Positions 39,069-50,795 of a stretch of DNA of 64,000 bases are shown here, one piece after another. The stretch is taken from assembly GCF_006345805.1 (NCBI RefSeq), contig NC_043002.1:14632001-14696000 (forward strand), read 5' to 3'. The first letter of the stretch is position 1, and every line of letters starts with the position of its first letter. The translations under genes were made by a program, and so were the position numbers. The DNA comes from Octopus sinensis. Lineage: Eukaryota. The notes beneath the pieces are model-generated. The model searched no databases. It was not told where the DNA came from and saw nothing but the letters and a program-made list of their open reading frames with translations.

Positions 39069-39146
<78 letters not shown>

Positions 39147-41039
39147 GTATATATATACTTACATACATGCATGCATACGTTTTATATCCCACCAATAAAA
39201 CATACGTGTTTATATGAAAAAGTTATTACAGTTACTCAACTTGTATTTTTCATACTGCCGAAGTTTAGCTATAAACAAGATCAAGTTAAAGTGAGCTCCT
39301 AAGATAATAACTCATATATGTCCAGCCGCAGAAAGCAGCAGCACATAAACTCAACCATTAGATTCATGAGACCTCAACTCAGCACTCACAAATAGAAGGT
39401 AAAATAACAGAAACTGTTAAATACAAACTACAGTAAAACTATAAAATCGAGCACCTCACAAAACGCTAAACGTGTATAGGTAACAACTTGAGTTCGCGTA
39501 CAAATATTAGATATATCAGAGATCAAAACACATTGCATAAAAAAATAATACATGAGTTTCTAAAACCGAGTAAAATTATTACAGATTATATCCAAAATTT
39601 TATATATTTTCTATTTTGCACCCACGTGTTTCGATATTTAATCATCGCGCGTTTGAAGCCGACATGCATCAAACAATTATATATAGAACTATAATTTGTA
39701 CAATATATATTCTTGACTCATCTAAAGCGTCTCGTTAAGAGAATGCGTGGGCTAAAGACTACGCGCCTTGATCGGTCAGTTAAAGTTGAGACAGTGTCAC
39801 GTGACAATTTGTTGGGGCTGCCTGCTGGAGTCTAGCAGTAGGTATTTAAAGGAAAATTTGACAAGTGGTTCCTCCTGATGATGTCTTGAGCTAACTGGAT
39901 CCTATAAAAGAGCTGTTGTGGTAGCAGAACACAAAACATGGTAGAAATTCCTCCTATATTCTTGACTCGTTTAAAGTGTCACATGTTATGCAAGAAATAA
40001 ATCATTAATTCATGAAAATACAATAGAAATCTTAGACTACGTTGGTGGAGATTTTGAATATAGCTAAAAGGTACGATTTTATTCACCTATTTGAAGTTGC
40101 AAATCACAGTTATCTCATTTTCTCCATAAGCAATTTCTCCTTTGTAGTCTGCAGTTAAAAATCATCTTACCTTTGGTTCTTTTATAACTAAATTTGAGAG
40201 TAATCTAACTTGATGCTAAAAGACATTTTCTTGGTAATATCACCACCAACAACGTAAAGGAAAATAAGCCATAATACTTAGAAAGAAAAAGAAAAGTATA
40301 CGTAAGATTAACTGTTATTTATCTAAAACAAAAATGTAGGGGTTTATTATGAAACGTAGCAAAATATATTTATCATTATATATACGTGTGTTTGTCTGTG
40401 TGTGCGTGTACGTGTGTGTGTATGTGTCTGTCTGTGTCTGTGTAATGCTAAAATGTATATTTTAAGAGATTCATAAAAAATGTCCTGGTCTTGAATGTGT
40501 GTTGCAGTTTCCATGGCAAACATCAAAACATATATATATGAACAAGACCAGAACAATACGATAATTCATGTCCAGCTCACCCTCCTATGCAACCCTATGA
40601 AGGGCGTCTCTGACACCCAAAGCAATATTGAAACTGAGATATTTGATGTGTGTTATTTCAGTCAGTCTGTTGTCATGTGTGTCGTAGCGTGTATGTATTT
40701 GCTGTAGTTACATACTTGCTTTCTATATTGAATCTATGATATTCCTGGTCATTTCGGATTTCTGTTCACTTTTATGTACGACAATGATTGATTTATAATG
40801 CCTTTTGATTATGAAGTTTGGTCTATAACACTTCTTCTCAGTTTGGGGCATTTATATAACGTATGTATGGCTAGCATTTTATGTGACGTCTTGTGATGAT
40901 GTGTATCTGACGTATCTAATGTTTGTTTACCAACGCGAGTCATTGCTTAATTATGTTTGGTATTTTACGAGCTAGTAACATTTTATAGTTATTTTGTAGA
41001 TGGTATTTAATAGTCACTAATAATCGATCTTGTGTTTAT

Positions 41040-41650
41040 GAGAGTTGAGTTGAGGGCTGATGCAGCGGAATAAGATGTTTGGATTTCGTGATGCACTTTT
41101 TGCGGTTGATAAAATGTTCAGCGTGGCCTTATGAGGTAAAATATATTGCTGGTTGTATGGCAAAAGCTTTCGAATTGGAACAGAAAAACTGTATAATATT
41201 TACATTTATTGTATTCCAATTGGAGATGTGTGAATATACTCGGAAGCCATCATGAATATTTCCTTGTTCGCAAAACTGATTTCTTTTACTGAAGAAACGG
41301 CTCTCATGTCAAAGCTTCCATTTAAGATAAATTATCCTTTCTTCATACAACGTGTAAGTCAGTTGATGTCCTGGAGCGTAGATGTTTCTGAATTATTTAT
41401 TTTAATCGCACAATCCACGGGATTACGTGTTTTGAATCCAATATCAACATTTTTTCTGAAATTTGCCATGAACACATTAATGTAAGCCTACTGAAAATAT
41501 GTCGCTTACGCTCTCGTATTACACTGAAATTAATGGGACCAGCATGTTTACTTTTTTGCTATTTTTCTTTTTGAAATAGAAGATGGCTCCGACTGGAAGA
41601 GTGTGTTGCCTATTATGATGTCTACTTAAGAGATAAGCACACACAGAGAA
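41040..41650 (-). mobile_element. Penelope-like element remnant (RT thumb to GIY-YIG)
   Basis: Decayed ANFRKNVDIGFKTRNPVDCAIKINNSETSTLQDIN..KKSVLR resembles .RILSK.NI.V.FK..NTL.S.L.K.K....Q..K.CVY..C..YIGET.R....EH. Confidence 0.45.
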
Positions 41651-42374
41651 AACTATTTCTATTTCTTCTCAAACCAATGACGTGTTATGCTACAGTGAAC
41701 AATCAAACTTACATGAAAATCATTTCTATGAAGACCCCCAACTATCCTAGTAACAGGGTGTCAACTTTAAGCACTAATACCTCAAGTGCCCACTCATTAT
41801 GTCTAGCATAGTTGACGCTGCTTTTACGAAGAATGATTTACTGGAATATAAGAATGTTTACAGGGACAGACGTTTGCACGATATTAATGGAACAACTTCA
41901 TATTTACTTATTATAACGCAATGGCAATAATAAATTATATTTAGACTCCATTATATACTTTCATATAATTCATATAATTTCTTTTCTAGTATTTACCAAC
42001 CAAAGCCAACAGTATACTTCTGTACGAAGTTTCCAGAGGTTCCTTTTCCTAGATAGCTGTTCTAAAGATAATTAGGGATCTATCTCTCCCAGAGATGTTA
42101 CTACGATTTTCGATCAAAAGCAATTTTAGTTGTGTTCACGTATCTTAAATGTAGCGAGTTGATGCCATTATAGTTCTTTTATACGTTAGCGTTGGCATGT
42201 CATACGTTATTCGTGCTGGATTCTAGTAGCCGATGTCAGAAAGCTAGCCAAGCGTTGGTGATGTTTTAGTTAGCGACGGTATAAACAGGTAAAATCCTGC
42301 ATTGGACTGCAAACTAACAGTAACATTCTGGAGCAACTTGACATCATTCACATAACTGAGAGAGTGTATGACCT

Positions 42375-42876
42375 GGTCAGCCTGTAATGACATGCAATAG
42401 ATCTGGTCATCAAATCTAAGTAGAGACTTCAAACTTGAAATCTTCAAAGCCACAGTCGAACCAATTCTACTAAACGGCTCAGAAACCTGGACGGTATCAA
42501 ATAATCTTGAGAGGCGGTTGGATGGAACCTACACTCGCCTCCTTATGGGAGCTCAAAATCTCTTGTGGAAGCGCCATCCAACCAAAATGCAAATATATGG
42601 GAAACTACCACCTGTGTCATCTCTTGTGAAAGGTAAGAGAGTCCAGTCTGCTGGACATTGTTGTAGAGCTGAAAAAGAGGTAATTTCTACTCTTCTCCTC
42701 TGGAAGCCATCTACCCGCAATACCAGAGGGCACACACTCTCCTACCCTGATCTAATCTCCAGGGATACAGGCATCCAGCAACAGGACCTCCGTAATGCCA
42801 TGATGGACCGTGAAGTCTGGCGTAGCATGGTAAATTCCATTGTCTCGACCACGGTCGAACAATGATGATGATGATG
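42375..42876 (+). mobile_element. 5'-truncated RTE-clade LINE 3' end with (TGA)n tail
   Basis: FKLEIFKATVEPILLNGSETWT..LDGTYTRLL..AGHCCR..LLWKP..AMMDREVWR followed by atgatgatgatg. Confidence 0.9.
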
Positions 42877-43869
42877 CATGGACGTGTGTTATTCTGTGTT
42901 TTACTATTATTTTTCCATGCGCATATGACAATGATGCATAACAATCTCCTCCGTTTATATACCTTAGATAATTTTTCCAGATTAAGATTTATTGAATGGC
43001 AAAATTGATTAAAATTTATATATTACATGCAAGGATTTCTATATCTTTCTTTTTTTAAATTCATTGAATGCTTGTATTCTTTATTATGGATAAAGTATTT
43101 TCTCGTATAATTTGTAATGCTGTTACAAATAATTAATTGCGCAATTTAATTGAGTTCATTATCTTTATATATTTCCGTTCGCAATAAACAGGGTTAAAAT
43201 AACCCTGTTTATTACAAGATTTCCAACGGAGCAAACACTGGTTAATTGCATTACTGCAGGGGAGATGGAGAAAGGCTTGCTGTTAATATGGTTGCTTCAT
43301 TAATGCAAAGGGTATTCGATTCGAAATAATGTGTGCTACGTTGATTTCTTGCACATGATTCTTTCATAAGTTGACTATCCAAACACAAAAACACTCACAC
43401 ACGCGCATATATAAATACATATATAAATACGCATATGCATGTGTGTGAGTTTATGTATAGATCTCTAAAGAATATACGCTGTATATATGGTATAACAAAG
43501 AGAAACGCACACACTCGCACACTCACACAGAATCGCATATGTATATATATATAAGTTTGTATGCTTAAATATATAACGAATGTATCGTAAAACTATTAGG
43601 AAGTTATACATTACACGCTTACTACTCTTTCGCTCCCCTAATTAATAAGCAACAAAAAACACTTCTAGTTATGCTCGGAAATACACTGCTAAGTCAGCGG
43701 AAAATGGAGTGTCATTTATTTTTTGTAGTATCACAGCTTTGTTATTACAACTGAGTGAAAAGAATTACAATTATAAAACTAAGAAGGATGGAGGAAAACA
43801 TCGGGCTGAGTAAAAAGGAACGTTTGGAAACATGAAATTCATTATGATATATTTCAACAATGTGGATAT

Positions 43870-44870
43870 TTTATTCAACAAATAAGTACCAATATATTCA
43901 ACACATTTTCCCCAACGATTTACAAGTTTGCTTATTCCGGTAACATAGAAATCTGGAGTTCTGCAGCTGATGAACTCTTCAAAAGTACTAATAGTATCAC
44001 TTTGATGTTTGAGTTTTTTCTCTCGCAGGAAACTATCAAGGTACCTGTAAAAGCGCTAGTCGCTACGCGAAAGGTCTCAGGAATAAGTTGTGTGGGGAAG
44101 AACTTCGTAGCTAAATTCCCTCAACCTCTGGAGCGTCGTTAGTGAAATGTGTGTTCTTCCATAAAGAATGAATTGTCCTTATCTGGGACAGAGGAGTAGC
44201 AGTTTTTCGTTCATTTTGGCAATATCATGGCAATATATTTCTGCAGTAATAGTCTTTTCGTCATAGGAAGTTATAGTGGATTAAACTAATTATTCACCAT
44301 AACCTTCTTTTTAATGAGCTCGGGTCTAGAGAAGGTTTTCGGTGCTTAATTTATGTTCAACCACTGCGAAGATCGTATTTTTACTATTGTAGAGAATCCA
44401 CTTTTCATCGCAAGTTCCAATACGGTCGAGGTAGGGATATGTTTGCTTACAGAGAAAAAGCGTGAAGTAAATTTCATATCTGCACATTTTCTGATCATCA
44501 ATCAGATCGTGTGGTACTCATTTCTCAAGATCTTCTGATTTTTTTCCAATCACATGCAAAAGGTTACGTGCAGTTTTCTGGCTAACTTAAAGTTCGTTTG
44601 TCAATTGTCGAGTGGTTTTACGTGGATCTTACTCAATGACAGTCATTAATTGAAAGTCATCGATGAGAGATGGACGTCCACTACGTTTATGAACTTCTGG
44701 GCTCAGGTCTTCACTGCGAAATCGCTTAAACCCCTTTAGAGCTGACAACTCACTGGTCATTTTGTCACGAAAAGGTTCGTTGATATCGCAGGCAGTTTCA
44801 GCTGCTGTACGTCCTTTTTTGAAGTTGAATAGCAAAATTGCTCGAATATCGCGCTTTGACAGTTCCATTT
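43870..44870 (-). mobile_element. Decayed mariner transposase
   Basis: N-terminus MELSKRDIRAILLFNFKKG..RSGRP; TCDEKW motif (44398-44420); YS*DL; C-terminus FEEFISCRTPDFYVTGISKLVNRWGKC. No convincing TIR pair found. Confidence 0.9.
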
Positions 44871-44974
44871 TAGATTATTGTAACAACGCTGAAAACAAAT
44901 GTCACTACTTCTTTCATATCAGGCGTGTAATTTTCTTCCATCGACTATTTCACCAACTCTGAGCAATATTCTTT

Positions 44975-45990
44975 GTATCAGTTTTTAATATCTCATTTGT
45001 CTTTGTTTCTCTCTTCCTACCTGCCTAAGCGTTGGACCTTAGCCTGCATTCTTTGCTTCACCAACTCTTTTGCTCTCATTACTTCATGCAAGTTTATCAG
45101 ATTGTATATTTACTTTATCTTTCTTACTATTCTCGTCTTTACATTATTATTTTGGGAGAGTTCGTCAAAGATTGAGAATTCCCCTCGAAAGCTATTGATT
45201 TCCTTATTTACGCGCTCTTGCTAACTTGGGTGTTTGCGTGTTTCTTTGTGAATCTTTCCTTTAACTTGATGCCTATTTCCTTTGTGTTAGTAAAAGCTTT
45301 TGGGTATAAAAGATGGTTGACTGAGGTTAAATCTGTCTCAGTTTCAAGAAGGAGCCTATTTAGGGCATAATCATATATATTGATCGTACAGTGATTTGAT
45401 TTCATATTCCGACACTTTGGTAGTTGATCTCCCACATTCATTTCTAGATGTTTGGAACTTCCCAGCTCTCTCAGGATGTTGTCGTTTGCATCACGTATTC
45501 TCCTTCTATTGGATTCCGCGATCGCGTCCGCCATCGCAGCTTTAGGTTTATTCCTACTTTCTGTTACTTTACTTTCCGTTCGCTCAACTTCTAATTCAGG
45601 TTCTAAGTTGCCTGCATCAACCTTGTGTTCGGAGGTGTCTCAATCAAAACGTTGAATCTTTTCGTGTTCATTATTACCAGTGTCTGCACTTTGCACCTCA
45701 GCTCGATTTTCTGAGAGTGTAGTGGAATTATTTTTTTATTGTCGCTATTTCTGCTGGTGTTAGACGGTTATTTTGCCTGATGTCTCTGCGTACGTTGATT
45801 AATTTGTTTGCATCAATATAATCACGGATGCAACCCCCTATCATTTCTCTCCAGATATTGAAACACAACTCAGTTTTCTAACTTATTCCGACGGGTATTA
45901 CAATTTTAAATCCTTACTTGCACCCGAGAAGAATATACGATAAGAATAAAGCGGTCTTCTGACACTTATTTGTACTAAGAATTTTCTCCC
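44975..45990 (-). mobile_element. R4/Dong-clade LINE 5' ORF remnant
   Basis: ETDLTSVNHLLY..KEIGIKLK and KQRMQAKVQRL resemble ITETN.LIYA....LG.K..PPWK..L...KQ.L.AK.QRLRRY. Confidence 0.6.
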
Positions 45991-46685
45991 TTTAACTTCC
46001 ATGTAAGGAAATGTCTTTCTTTCTTCTCTATTCCGTATGAAAAGGAAAAAATATAGTCTTTAAGCAGTGAACTAATGCTTTCAATTCCCAAAATCTTGGT
46101 AGAATGTTCAATTTAGTTTAATCAATTTGTGTCTTGAATTATGCGGTACTGAAGATTGCAAACAAGGATTAAATATTAATATACACGGCTGATAATGACT
46201 AAAAACTTCAAGAAATTTATTTTATTTTCTGGAAGAAAATGATTAAAATATCAAATTAAATATGCATATTATTCAACTTAAATTAGTTTGAGCTAGAATA
46301 AATTCTCGCCTCCCTTTAATGGTAAATCACCATCAGGAGCTAACTTAGTGTTTAAACACATTATTATTACTATTAAATGGAACCCATGGCTGGCGTGGTT
46401 AGCTAGGTAAATAGTGTGCACTAGTTAAGTTTGAAAAGTTACGTTGTTATTTTGGGTAAATAATGCTAATATACACATGTAGATTAATCGGCAATAGTAG
46501 ATTAATAAAGCTGCTGTAAAATGTACAGCGCAGACTATGGTATGGTGATGTACTGAATTTTCTGCAAGAATACAAAATGTATTGCCTGGCTATAGTCACA
46601 GGCGTCTTTGGTACCGAAGTCGACAGTGAGAGAACAATAAATACATATTCTAATGAAGGCAATTTTTATTAATTTCAACAATGTT

Positions 46686-46762
46686 GTCCATACAATGGTT
46701 TCGACCTTTTTGCTTTAGATGAAAGGTATATATTTCACTATTTAGAAGGCTTATCAGTAAAC
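46686..46762 (-). ncRNA. Degenerate type I hammerhead (G8A)
   Basis: GUUUA-CUGAUAA-GCCUU..AAGGU-C-GAAAC-CAUU-GUA-UGGAC; stem I pairs with two G.U; AAUAAA follows downstream. Confidence 0.5.
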
Positions 46763-47232
46763 AGCATGGAACGCAAATGTCTGTGATACTGTAGATTATT
46801 AGTTTAAGAAATGCTCTGATATCGTGTTACGGATCCGTAAAAATTTGCAGCTGTTGTTGTTAATTATTGTAGATGGTCCAGCGAGGGTATTACCGTCAAC
46901 GAATACTTAATTCTCAAATAGTATTACCATTTTCTCGCACAAAATATAACTGATAGCATTACGGCAACATTCATATCATTTATTACTCTTAAGTGACTGA
47001 AATGATTTAATAAAAATTGTAAAAGTTATCTTCAGAATGTTGAGGTCAGGGTTTCGAAACTAGCCGCAAGCAAACAGGTTAATCACATTATCTTTTAACA
47101 TAGAGCAACTGCTAGATATATGGAATATAAATTACTTACATTAATTTTCCATGATATCCGACAAAATGTAATGATTTCTGATTGCAATTCCTCAGGGTAC
47201 TACTCACATGGCGATTGCAGAGTATACACACA

Positions 47233-47286
<54 letters not shown>

Positions 47287-47291
47287 ATTAA

Positions 47292-47338
<47 letters not shown>

Positions 47339-47518
47339 TAAACACACATTTATGACGGGGCTTCTACCAAGTCTACTCTCACGTATTTGATTTGCTCTAG
47401 GCCATAGCAGAAGACCCTACCAGGTTCCGTTTCACTGCATGACATTGAACCATAAAACCACACAGCTACATCTACGCTTCTCCCTACACACACATACACA
47501 CATACATATAATAATAAT

Positions 47519-47555
<37 letters not shown>

Positions 47556-47588
47556 TGTACACATATATAATCATACATACATGCATAC

Positions 47589-47659
<71 letters not shown>

Positions 47660-47665
<6 letters not shown>

Positions 47666-47860
47666 GGAGAGTTTACAAAAAAGCAAAAGACAAAAACAGG
47701 TGGTGTACAAAACGAACAGATGTATTAGTATAACACTCAGGAATAGAAAACGTTTTTTTACGTTTCGAGCCCACGCTCTTATACAGAAAGAGACACAAGA
47801 AAAACAAGGAGAGAATAAAGTAGCGAAAAAATGTGTGTAGTAGCTAACGATCTATCATGG
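47660..47860 (-). mobile_element. Penelope-like terminal repeat with a minimal hammerhead at 47754-47791
   Basis: Minus strand UCUUU-CUGUAUA-A-GAGC(GUGG)GCUC-GAAAC-GUA-AAAAA; flanks homologous to 60965-61170. Confidence 0.6.
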
Positions 47861-48529
47861 CGACTCATATATATCAGGTTGAGTAGAAAGTAAGCAACGG
47901 TTTGAACCATGGAGAATTTCCACCGGGTTTTGCAGTTTAAAATAATTTTTTAAACGATTTTTGAAGTCGTCTGATAATACAGACATAGATTTGCCCAAAT
48001 TCTTCAATTGATTAACATTGATATTTTGTTTCATCGTTGTTACAGTCATCTCCCTCGAGTTGAAGAGACGTTTTTGTTTTCCTCTGTGAAACTAAGAACT
48101 TGTTGGTTTTACCTCGTAGTAGGCGTTCCCTTTTCGGATTGCCCCTTGTTTGCTATTGTCCATGCATCTTTTTGCGCTCTGCCTGTGTTTGAAGGCTTGT
48201 GTTTATTACCGGTTTTCCCCCGTTTAGGGGCGAGCATTGTGTTTTATATTGAGTATAGAAAACTTCATGGAGCAGTCGCCTGAAACTGGAGGGCGACTTA
48301 ACGGAAACGCAAAACATAGAAAGTGGTTACGCGACCAAGGCCAAAAGAGGCAGCCCAAGTCAGCAGTGATGGGATGAGTGCCAGAAAGTACTAACTACTA
48401 ATATATGGAATTACTACAGACGGAGGGGACGAATGTGAGATTGCCCCACACCCCACCCACCTGAGGAAGTTAGAGAGATCACTAAGAGGAAAACCGTATG
48501 TTACCGGACCTGTTCACTGGCAATGTAAA

Positions 48530-49050
48530 AAATACAAATGGCATCTAAGGATGCCGTCGGAAAATGTCTAAGCCAAATTTGGAGTGAGATGAAATTTTTA
48601 TCAACAGCGAAACGTTTTGCTAGGACGGTGGAGGTGAGGTTTTCTTCAGATGAGAAAGCTTTAAAACAATCTACCACATCCCTGAAGTCGGCAGAAGTGG
48701 TGTTACTGTCGACTTATCTCGGAAGAAGGACATCCCGAATTAAAATTGGAGGAGTCCCTCCTGAAATTGACGATATGTTGTTGATAGCAGCAATAATGTT
48801 GAACTCGAAAGAAGGAAGATATTGAAAGCAACCAAGACACAACAACAAAATTGGAGGGGGTTATGACCTGGGTGTAACAATCCAGGCCACCGCCAAGTAA
48901 CCTAGAATAATTCTTAGATCAAATTATCCTACCAGACGAGACCAAACTGAGAATTAGAGTAGACAGCAGAAGTGTTATAAATATGAGAAAAAGAGTTACT
49001 TAACTGTCAGGTGCCTTCAGGTTTCACAACATGAGGTCCATCCTACTCCT
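48530..49050 (+). pseudogene. Decayed gag-like ORF1 of a non-LTR retrotransposon
   Basis: RIKIGGVPPEI..DQIILPDETKLRI.. followed by a decayed CX2CX4HX4C knuckle, KCYKYEKKSYLTVRC. Confidence 0.5.
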
Positions 49051-49313
49051 AGCACACCAATACAATCAAGAACCAATAAGCGTCATTTCCAAAAATCTTC
49101 CAAACTAACACACAAACCGCAGCAGATGAAACCGACCAACAGAGTTACGAATCCAACACAAGACATCCCAGTAGAAAAGCAAAAAGTAAACGAGACCACA
49201 ACAATGCAGTCCGAAAACAGCCCCAAGGAAAAACCTATCCGGTGACAAAATATATACACACGCACACAACCTCCGCCAACTATTCTGCCTATACGTATGT
49301 GCACACCTGTGAA

Positions 49314-49483
49314 TGCAGTGTATGCCAGATGGTTTTCAAATCCACCGGATACCTCAAAAGTCATGTTAAGACCCACAAAGAGCAGAACATATCTGCAGGT
49401 CTTGGGGTCCAAATTACAGGTGCAATCTATGTGTGTGTATTTTCAAAAGATTGTCTGGTTTAAAAAGTCACATCAGATGCCAT
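49314..49483 (+). pseudogene. Two C2H2 zinc-finger motifs (first intact, second deleted/frameshifted); probably a LINE 3' tail
   Basis: CSVCQMVFKSTGYLKSHVKTH fits CX2CX3FX5LX2HX3H exactly; the second reads ..VC..SKRLSGLKSHIRCH. Confidence 0.65.
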
Positions 49484-49759
49484 GGTGGTTCTTAAGTGTA
49501 GGTGAAGGAAGTAGTCAAAATCAGTATAAGGATTATAGGGAGTATACAACCACCATATATATATATATAGTGGCTGCCCCCTCGTTATCGAGTATGGCCA
49601 TTGCACGAAGCTTAATCAATGTTGTTATAGTGCAATGCTTGTGCAAGAAGATTTTTTTAAGTGAGGAAAGGCTGTGCACTGAGTCAATCCCACTCACTAA
49701 GCAACAGCAGCCATAATCCGAAAAGAAGAACAAGTCAACATCATCGGTAACCACTGAGC

Positions 49760-50119
49760 CGCAGGTTTTATATCGGAGTTATCCCAGTTACTTGAGTTAC
49801 CTTCTCCTAGAAGGATGCCCTAACAAAAGGCTAGGAGTCCTTCACTCCCAATGATTTAACCGCGCGATCGGGTATTCAGTCCGATTATTTCTATGTCCCC
49901 GCGCATGATACAGCCTTAAGATATTTATTGGATGGCCGTTGACTCTCAAGAGTTCCTCCGCCCTTTGACGGGTTTTGTTTTTCATCCCGCAGGGTGTCCA
50001 ATAAACACCCTCCTCACCAAGCAAGCTTGGTGGGGTTGCCGGTTTAGTCGCCGACGACCCGACCATGCAGCAGGTTGTACTGGGTTACATGTTACCAGTA
50101 GCACTCGAAAGTGACCTGC

Positions 50120-50121
<2 letters not shown>
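49760..50121 (-). mobile_element. GC-rich retroelement 5' region (RTE-like 5'UTR)
   Basis: Starts next to (CA)n with ggcaggtcactttcgagtg..; sequence style like RTE leaders as I recall them; no coding match. Confidence 0.4.
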
Positions 50122-50151
<30 letters not shown>

Positions 50152-50389
50152 ATATATGGATACACATTATTTATATGCTAGTTTCCTTTTTGTTAACAGG
50201 TTGTGAACAGGAAAAACAAATCATGAGAAAGACAAGAAATGAAATTTGCCATATAATTCATTGCATTACGTGGACTAATAAATTTGCAATTGATAACCCA
50301 TTTATTTAAATTTTGTTATTTTTTATTTCTAAATACCTGTATTAAATCGAAAGAAATTATAATCGTTCAAATATTTTATTCATTACATC

Positions 50390-50795
50390 TTTACTCTTTT
50401 ACGCTTTTACTTGTTTCAGTCATTTGACTGCGGCCATGCTGGAGCACCGCCTTTAGTCGAGCAAATCGACCCCGGGACTTATTCTTTTGTAAGCCCAGTA
50501 CTTATTCTATCGGTCTCTTTTGCCGAACCGCTAGCTGACGGGGACGTAAACACACCAGCATCGGTTGTCAAGCAATGCTAGGGGGACAAACACACACACA
50601 CACATACACACATATATATATATACATATATACGACAGGCTTCTTTCAGTTTCCGTCTACCAAATCCACTCACAAGGCATTGGTCGGCCCGGGGCTATAG
50701 CAGAAGACACTTGCCCAAGATGTCACGCAGTGGGACTGAACCCAGAACCATGTGGTTGGTTAGCAAGCTACTTACCACACAGCCACTCCTGCGCC
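50390..50795 (-). mobile_element. SINE family A, full length
   Basis: ttgtttcagtcatttgactgcggccatgctggagcaccgcc..cacagccactcctgcgcc. Confidence 0.9.

Noticed and set aside
40590-40640. GGGCGUC/GACACCC hairpin between CUAUGA and AAAG
   Set aside because: Both core boxes are defective; cannot be called a hammerhead.
47870-48290. Minus-strand ORF 47855..48049 as a Penelope N-terminus
   Set aside because: Position next to a Penelope-like terminal repeat is suggestive, but I recognise no diagnostic motif.
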